Origin: Spirochaetia bacterium
Lineage (GTDB): Bacteria > Spirochaetota > Spirochaetia > DSM-27196 > Salinispiraceae
DNA length: 64,000 bases
NCBI GenBank assembly: GCA_038204425.1
Contig: JBBRCZ010000001.1
Span: 160,001 to 224,000, forward strand
Direction: 5' to 3'
How positions within the stretch are numbered: the stretch's first letter is position 1; every line of letters starts with the position of its first letter. This document shows positions 58,322 to 64,000 of the stretch, one piece after another. The notes under the pieces were generated by a model. That model saw nothing but the letters and a program-made list of their open reading frames with translations, ran no database searches and was not told the DNA's origin. The position numbers and the translations under genes are program-made.

Positions 58322-60055
58322 TTAGAAGCCTCCCACCTGCAATAGAACAGGTACTAGCTTACCTAACTCTTTCCAGCGAAAGTAGTAAGAACTTGATAAG
58401 ATTTTATTGTGGATGTGACTATAGGCAAGTATGCCCAAGTCTTGCTCAGTTTCTGCGGGGTGTGATAAGCCAAATGCCGTAAAAGCTGCAGAAAGTAAAG
58501 GTGCAAAATTGATTCTGGCTAGTGTCTGAGTTCCTTTTGGAATGCTCGTTAGGTATTCTTGAAAGGTTTTTTTCAAAGAAAGTGAGCTTTCTAGTACCTT
58601 TCCTTCTACAAAATTCTTAAGTTGATCCAAATTTTTGCTGCCCGATATCAAGAAGAGTTGCTTAGATTTGACTACATAGTTTAAGGAAAAAGCTGCAAGT
58701 TCTTCACTAATTTTATTTCTTGCACTATTTGATTTACCTTGTCTTGTAGAAGCCTCTACCAACTCAAGCCCAAGCGACTTGTATTTTAAATCTGCAAATG
58801 TTCGATCGGAAACTTGCAACTTGACAGAATGACCGAGTTCTTCTCCAAGCAAGCCGATGGCTTTTTGAACAGTTGGACTATTTGGCAGCCCGTTAATAAC
58901 TTGTTCAAATGCTTGCTCGTCCTTTAGGTCGAGCAAGACGCTAAACCCAATTTCAAGCAGATCCCCAGGTATAGTGTCGGGTGACTGTGAGATTGCTTTT
59001 TCAAAGTTGCCTCTATAGCTGAGTCCGAGCACGAGTTTTGACCCTATTGTTGATAAAAAACTGTCAAAGATGTCCAGCAGAGCTTTTTCATCTACTTGGC
59101 TGGAAGTACTGACTAGACTTGAGAACTGTGCAATTGAACTTTTGGCTAGACTAGGCTCGATACTTGAAAACAAAGTAATCAAATTGTCTTTGTCAAAAAA
59201 CTGCGCGTCACTTTGTGCTAAGTTTCCTGCTGAAATGTTAGCTAAAAAATTGGCTGATTTTGATCCTTCAACAAAACTTAGGTCCAAAGAAGCTTCTAGT
59301 GCATCTTTTAGGGCCTTAACGTGGACGGCAAGATATTGGATCGATTCAATCGTAGTTACTAGGTTTTTGGAGATAGTGTCTTGTGATTGCTCGTTAAAGA
59401 TGTCCGCTTGAGACGCCAACGATTCAATAAACCCGCCAAAAAAATCTTGGCTAAACGAGTTCCAAATAATTGCATTGGCTTCGATGTTCTTTTTTACTGG
59501 TAAGAATACCAAGATTTCATCTTTGGAGAAAGTATAGTCTTTGGGTAAAACTAAGGTCTTTTTTGGTGCAGCATTGTTTGATTCCAATCCATAGGTAATA
59601 ACGCTGTAAGAGTTTACTAAGTAGCTAGAAACTTTTTTATCCTCTTTAGCTTGTTCTGCCAAATAGGCAGTTATTTTTGGATACGTTTTGTTGCTGTCTT
59701 TCAAAGGTATGTAAATTGAGAGCACCGGTTCAAAGTCAAGTCCACTGTTTGGTGAAAATGAGAAACCCAAAGGTAACAACGGATCAACTTCATCCATTTC
59801 TAGCCTAGTGAATTGTTTGATAGAATCGAAAAAAAGCTTGTTAATGCCAGCCGGAGCTATTGAGTCCTTAAGTCCAGATTGTTCCAAAGCACTATCAATG
59901 GAAGTAAAGAAAGTTGCGGTATTGTCTACTCGGACAAATCCATAGGCGTCTTCGGGCACCAACGATACAAAGTCAGTTAGGGCAGGTGAACAGCCGTATA
60001 CACCTAGTAGTAATAGGCTCAAAACTATTAAAACAACGTTACTCTTTTTCATCAT
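58322..60055 (-). CDS. Hypothetical lipoprotein
   Basis: Lipobox GVYGC followed by LVPEDAYGFVRV; GAGGAG RBS. Confidence 0.75.
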   Translation of the reverse strand: MMKKSNVVLIVLSLLLLGVYGCSPALTDFVSLVPEDAYGFVRVDNTATFFTSIDSALEQSGLKDSIAPAGINKLFFDSIKQFTRLEMDEVDPLLPLGFSFSPNSGLDFEPVLSIYIPLKDSNKTYPKITAYLAEQAKEDKKVSSYLVNSYSVITYGLESNNAAPKKTLVLPKDYTFSKDEILVFLPVKKNIEANAIIWNSFSQDFFGGFIESLASQADIFNEQSQDTISKNLVTTIESIQYLAVHVKALKDALEASLDLSFVEGSKSANFLANISAGNLAQSDAQFFDKDNLITLFSSIEPSLAKSSIAQFSSLVSTSSQVDEKALLDIFDSFLSTIGSKLVLGLSYRGNFEKAISQSPDTIPGDLLEIGFSVLLDLKDEQAFEQVINGLPNSPTVQKAIGLLGEELGHSVKLQVSDRTFADLKYKSLGLELVEASTRQGKSNSARNKISEELAAFSLNYVVKSKQLFLISGSKNLDQLKNFVEGKVLESSLSLKKTFQEYLTSIPKGTQTLARINFAPLLSAAFTAFGLSHPAETEQDLGILAYSHIHNKILSSSYYFRWKELGKLVPVLLQVGGF

Positions 60056-60163
60056 CTCTCCTCAGTTTTTTAGGACGTTAAACTTTTGCAAGTCTAACTG
60101 TTAAATCATAGTTCAATTCTAAAGTTTTTTATAGTACAGTGTTCAAAATAAGGAGATGCTTAA

Positions 60164-60553
60164 ATGTCAGATTATTCAAAGAAGGTAATTACTAGTCCAA
60201 ACGCGGCCAAGGCGATTGGTCCCTATTCAGCTGCAGTACAGTATGGCGGTTTAATTTTTTTGTCAGGGCAGTTGGCAATTGATCCACAAAGCCAGGAACT
60301 AATTGGGGCGACGGCCACCGATCAAACAAGGCAGTGTATTAAAAACGCATTTGCACTTCTAGAGGCAGCACATTCGGGCCCAGAAAAGATTATCAAAACA
60401 ACAATCTTTCTGACCAATATGAGTGATTTTGCTGGGGTCAACAGTGTTTATCAAGAACTTATCCCCCAACCATTTCCAGCAAGAACAACAATTGCAGTAG
60501 CTGCTCTGCCAAAAAATGCATTGGTCGAAATTGAATTTATAGCTTCAGTTTAA
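60164..60553 (+). CDS. ridA: RidA family reactive-intermediate deaminase
   Basis: AIGPYS.A, SGQL, KTTIFL, N.VY, PART and LP..ALVEIE motifs. Confidence 0.93.
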   Translation: MSDYSKKVITSPNAAKAIGPYSAAVQYGGLIFLSGQLAIDPQSQELIGATATDQTRQCIKNAFALLEAAHSGPEKIIKTTIFLTNMSDFAGVNSVYQELIPQPFPARTTIAVAALPKNALVEIEFIASV

Positions 60554-60605
60554 GATAGTTAGCTAGGGCAGTAATTCAAAAACCCTTAAATACCCCAGCC
60601 AGTCT

Positions 60606-61013
60606 CTAAGGCTCTATTGAAATTCTACGCAAGCTCAGCAAATCAAGTGGCACGTCAGGAAACGCCTTGACACTTGCGCTTAGTCTTAGCCAATTGTACT
60701 GATAGTCCAATCGGATTTCTTTTTTTCCATCTCTAAGCAAGGTTAGGACCTTGTTATCCAGAGTCCACGTTCCTTTTTCAAATTCAAAACTAAAGTCCTT
60801 GTAATTGAGATTGCGCAAGGTAAAGGTTTTGTCACTTTGGACTTGCAGAAACATTTCTGACTCACCGCCCGAACTGTCAAGTACGGCGCCTAGGTAGATA
60901 CCATGTAGGTCTTTCTCATCGGGACTACACGAAACAATGGTCAAAAAAAGCATCAATCCTAGCATCAATCCAATTATCAACAACAATAGCGTGCGCATCT
61001 GATTTTTTCTCAT
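60606..61013 (-). CDS. Small lipoprotein (NlpE-N/lipocalin-like beta fold possible)
   Basis: Lipobox IVSC; GIYLG..L.V.SDKTF.L..EKGTW pattern. Confidence 0.65.
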   Translation of the reverse strand: MRKNQMRTLLLLIIGLMLGLMLFLTIVSCSPDEKDLHGIYLGAVLDSSGGESEMFLQVQSDKTFTLRNLNYKDFSFEFEKGTWTLDNKVLTLLRDGKKEIRLDYQYNWLRLSASVKAFPDVPLDLLSLRRISIEP

Positions 61014-62449
61014 GAGAGTGGTCTCAATTCCAAATGGGCGACTGCTTCTATATGGTGAGTTTGAGGCATCATATCTACTCCTTGTAAGGTGCTTAGTCGA
61101 TAGTTTTTTTTAAGTATCTCTAAGTCGCGGATCAGGCTTTCTAGTTTGCAGCTGACGTAAACTAGTTGTTTGACCCCCGAGTCTCTTATACGTTCTGCAA
61201 CCTTGGGGTGCAAGCCGGCTCGAGGTGGATCCAAAACCATCGATGAGGGATGGCCCTCTGTATTAAATAAGACTTCACTTAGTAGATCTTTAATATCCCC
61301 AGAATAGAAGACCGCATTACTTATACCGGAACTAAGCATGTTTTGCCTGGCCAGTTCAACTGAAGCGTCAACGTACTCAATGCCGACAACTTTTTTTGCA
61401 TAGGTAGCTAAAACTGCGCTGATAGTGCCGACGCCACAATAAAGATCGTAGACAATATCTTGCTTCTTTGGTTTAAGTAGGTCAACAATAATTTGATAAA
61501 GCATTTCAGTCTGAGCCTTGTTTACTTGAAAGAATGTTTGCGGACCAACTGCAAAGTCAATGCCTTTGATTGTTTCAGTAATAGAAAGCTTGCCTTGCCA
61601 ATATATAGGTTCAAGGTCGCTATAAGAATCATTTGATTTTGAGTTTACCAGATACCAGGTAGAATCTATCCAGGGCAAAGTGCTTTGCAAGTCTTGCATA
61701 AAAAGCTTTTCTTTTTCACAAAATTCCGTAAAGATCGGCATTACCAAAACTTCCTCGTGCGAGCTCGACCTTATCAAAACAGTTCGCAAGCTTCCTTTCA
61801 TGGTGCGTTGATTGTAGTAGTCGATACCAAAAGACTTAGCTCTGGTGGAAAGCCAGGCAAGGATCAGGTTGGCCTTTTTTGATTGTAAGAGGCATTCAGT
61901 TATTTCCAGGACCTTATTACCGGAGTAAGGAACAAAGAGGCCAATTGCCTTCTTGTTCTCGCTATCAAGCTCATTGGAAAGACTATACACTCTATTTGAT
62001 GCGGTAAATTCCATTTTGTTGCGATAGTAAAATTCTTCCTTGGCGAATTGCATAGGTAGAACATTGGTTTGGTCTGCCAAAATAAAGGAAGCAAGGTTAG
62101 TGGTCAAGCATTCCTGTTTGATCTTGCTCTGAAAATTATAGTCAATGTGTTGAAAATCACAGCCTCCACAGTGGCCAAAAAAACGACACGGCGGGTCTCT
62201 GCGATGCGCACTTACAGCACTTGATTCAATTACTTTGCCTTGATGTTTTCCACCTTGCTTGCCTAAGTAGGTGAAATTGACCGATTCGCCCACCATAGTT
62301 TTCCGTGCGTCAAAATAAATTTCAGATTCTATTGATTTTAAGTTTGGGTCAGAATTGTCTTCATAAGGAAACCAACTAGCGTAGAATTTTCCATTGCTGT
62401 GCATCCCTTTTATCAGGACCGCCTCATGGATACTATTTTTTTTGGGCAT
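61010..62449 (-). CDS. rlmD: 23S rRNA m5U1939 methyltransferase
   Basis: C..FGHCGGC, YRNKMEF, FFQVN, DLYCGVG, DPPRAG, YVSC and MPQTHHIE motifs. Confidence 0.9.
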   Translation of the reverse strand: MPKKNSIHEAVLIKGMHSNGKFYASWFPYEDNSDPNLKSIESEIYFDARKTMVGESVNFTYLGKQGGKHQGKVIESSAVSAHRRDPPCRFFGHCGGCDFQHIDYNFQSKIKQECLTTNLASFILADQTNVLPMQFAKEEFYYRNKMEFTASNRVYSLSNELDSENKKAIGLFVPYSGNKVLEITECLLQSKKANLILAWLSTRAKSFGIDYYNQRTMKGSLRTVLIRSSSHEEVLVMPIFTEFCEKEKLFMQDLQSTLPWIDSTWYLVNSKSNDSYSDLEPIYWQGKLSITETIKGIDFAVGPQTFFQVNKAQTEMLYQIIVDLLKPKKQDIVYDLYCGVGTISAVLATYAKKVVGIEYVDASVELARQNMLSSGISNAVFYSGDIKDLLSEVLFNTEGHPSSMVLDPPRAGLHPKVAERIRDSGVKQLVYVSCKLESLIRDLEILKKNYRLSTLQGVDMMPQTHHIEAVAHLELRPLS

Positions 62450-62456
62450 ACAGGCT

Positions 62457-62485
62457 ATGTTAGCAGCATGAGCCACCGATGACAA
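62457..62485 (-). promoter_or_regulatory. Sigma70-type promoter of rlmD (leaderless candidate)
   Basis: Minus strand TTGTCA-17 bp-(TGn)TAACAT, ending 7 nt before ATG 62449. Confidence 0.6.
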
Positions 62486-62513
62486 GCCGGTGATTACCGT
62501 TATACAATGTCTG

Positions 62514-63212
62514 ATGCCCACAATTCCTTTTGACAAAGAATTTTTAGAATACTTAAAAAAGCAGATTACTAGCGAACGCTTAAGTCGGTTTAATCAGGTA
62601 ATCCAACATCGTACACGCTATGGGAGCGTTCTTTTAGAAAACCTGTTTCAGGAACACAATGCCAGTGCGGTATTGCGTACGTGCGACGCTCTTGGCTTCC
62701 AAGATGTACATATTGTGGAGAACGAGAATAAATGGCGAGTAAATGATCAAATCTCACTTGGCTCTGCACAGTGGCTTAACCTAAAGAAAGCGCCTCAATC
62801 TTCAGACGGTACAGAGCTACTGATTGACCGTCTTAAGAAATCAGGTCATCGCATAGTAGCGACTAGTCCTCACGTAGATGGCTACGAGCTCTACGATTTT
62901 CCTATAGAAAAAGGGAAATTTGTCATGATGTTTGGAACAGAACTTAAAGGTCTAAGCCAAATTGCATTGTCTATGGCAGATGAGCACGTCAGAATTCCAA
63001 TGTATGGATTTGTGGAAAGTTTCAATATTTCCGTTTCTGCCGCGATTTGCCTTTCCCACATAAGCAATCAATTGAGAAAATCAAAGCTTGAATGGCAACT
63101 TTCTAACCATGAACAAGATGTGCTTCTTCAAGAATGGATTCTGGCTTCGGTCAAACAGGCCTCTAAGCATCTCGATTACTTCAAACAGCTGCCGAAACCA
63201 AGTCCTGACTAG
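62514..63212 (+). CDS. trmH: TrmH-family SpoU RNA methyltransferase
   Basis: HNASAVLRTCDALG, FGTE..G and IPMYGFVESFNISVSAA motifs. Confidence 0.85.
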   Translation: MPTIPFDKEFLEYLKKQITSERLSRFNQVIQHRTRYGSVLLENLFQEHNASAVLRTCDALGFQDVHIVENENKWRVNDQISLGSAQWLNLKKAPQSSDGTELLIDRLKKSGHRIVATSPHVDGYELYDFPIEKGKFVMMFGTELKGLSQIALSMADEHVRIPMYGFVESFNISVSAAICLSHISNQLRKSKLEWQLSNHEQDVLLQEWILASVKQASKHLDYFKQLPKPSPD

Positions 63213-63687
63213 TTTCAGCAAGATCGAGGCTTTTAAGTTCTTCTTGGATAAAGATTCGGTCGATGTCGACAATGATCACAAAGTCTTGCTCTATTTTTGC
63301 AATACCCTGAATAAAGGCCGCATCCACGCTTGTTCCAAGTTGTGGTGGAGGCGCAATATCTTGTTTGCCAATCTCTATAACTTCTTGCACAGAATCAACC
63401 AAGATACCCAGCGAAATAGTTTCATCAGATAGAACCACTTCAATTATGATAACTCGTGAATTGACAGTTCTGTCAGCTTCGTCTAAACCAAGCTTCAAAC
63501 GCAGGTCAATTACTGGAATTACGCTGCCGCGGATGTTTATCACACCTTTCATAAAGGCAGGCATGCGCGGAACTCGGGTTATTTTTGGGATTTCTAATAC
63601 TTCTCGTACCTGCAAAACACCAATGCCATATTGCTCATCAGACAAGTGAAAAGTGAGATACTGCAAACGGGTATTGTCTTCGCTCAT
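63181..63687 (-). CDS. cheW: Chemotaxis coupling protein CheW
   Basis: QYLTF.L, VREV, GVINIRGSVIPVIDLR and GILVDSV.EV motifs; GGAGGT RBS. Confidence 0.95.
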   Translation of the reverse strand: MSEDNTRLQYLTFHLSDEQYGIGVLQVREVLEIPKITRVPRMPAFMKGVINIRGSVIPVIDLRLKLGLDEADRTVNSRVIIIEVVLSDETISLGILVDSVQEVIEIGKQDIAPPPQLGTSVDAAFIQGIAKIEQDFVIIVDIDRIFIQEELKSLDLAETSQDLVSAAV

Positions 63688-63753
63688 ACAACCTCCAATG
63701 ATGTTCAACGCCTATATTTTCGTAGGTGAACATACCTGATTAGCTTAGCTTTA

Positions 63754-63782
63754 AGTCTATGTCAGCAGTCGTTGTAGTGCAA
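63754..63782 (-). promoter_or_regulatory. Sigma70-type promoter of cheW
   Basis: Minus strand TTGCAC-17 bp-TAGACT. Confidence 0.55.
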
Positions 63783-63797
63783 TAGCTGGTCAATCCT

Positions 63798-63998
63798 TTA
63801 GTTTTGTTTCTTGTCACTTGGAGCAATTATAACAAAGACACCTTCATCATTTTGCTTAATTGACAATTGTTTACCATAGTTTGCTCCCGACTCGTCGAGT
63901 GCTAAAAGGTCAACCGTATAGTCTTGACTATCCAACGGGATCAAAAAGCTAATTTCTGCACCCGGTGGCAAATAGGACTCAGAACCTAATAGCTCGAA
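63798..63998 (-). CDS. C-terminal part of a hypothetical protein running in from the window edge
   Basis: Open frame FELLGSESYLPPGAEISF...VDLLALDESGANY...DKKQN* ending at TAA 63800-63798. Confidence 0.55.
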   Translation of the reverse strand, partial: FELLGSESYLPPGAEISFLIPLDSQDYTVDLLALDESGANYGKQLSIKQNDEGVFVIIAPSDKKQN

Positions 63999-64000
63999 GC

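Noticed and set aside
62450..62536. Extended starts for rlmD (62536) and trmH (62490)
   Set aside because: They overlap each other and the divergent promoters; ATG 62449 and ATG 62514 fit better

Overview
Core-genome segment of a spirochaete (order Spirochaetales, probably free-living or biosynthetically capable). Gene order matches blocks I recall from Borrelia/Treponema: V-type ATPase E-DUF2764-A-B-D-I-K; uvrA-lptD-like; phoH-ybeY-tlyC-TPR-gap-pgk-tpiA-secG; J-protein-surA-nusB-map-htrA-PRTase; folD divergent from a TP0733-like barrel plus lipoprotein; rpoZ-miaA-bS22; cdaA-cdaR-acpS-DUF2225-truA-udg-priA. Added to these are folate genes (folE2, folB, folP), purine genes (AICAR-transformylase-only purH-like, purB, guaB, purA, guaA), tRNA-Ala(CGC), RNA methyltransferases and cheW. 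I saw no mobile element, prophage, CRISPR array or defence island, and no clearly new multi-gene system. The best leads are three small genes missing from the ORF track (2[4Fe-4S] ferredoxin, a probable spirochaete-specific ribosomal protein bL38, and bS22), a perfect palindromic operator over the purB-guaB-purA-guaA promoter, a recurring leaderless-promoter architecture, a PggH-like DHH phosphodiesterase near the c-di-AMP synthase, a Na+-type V-ATPase rotor, and a SAP-like motif in the LptD-like protein. Family assignments come from motif recognition and memory; no database searches were run.
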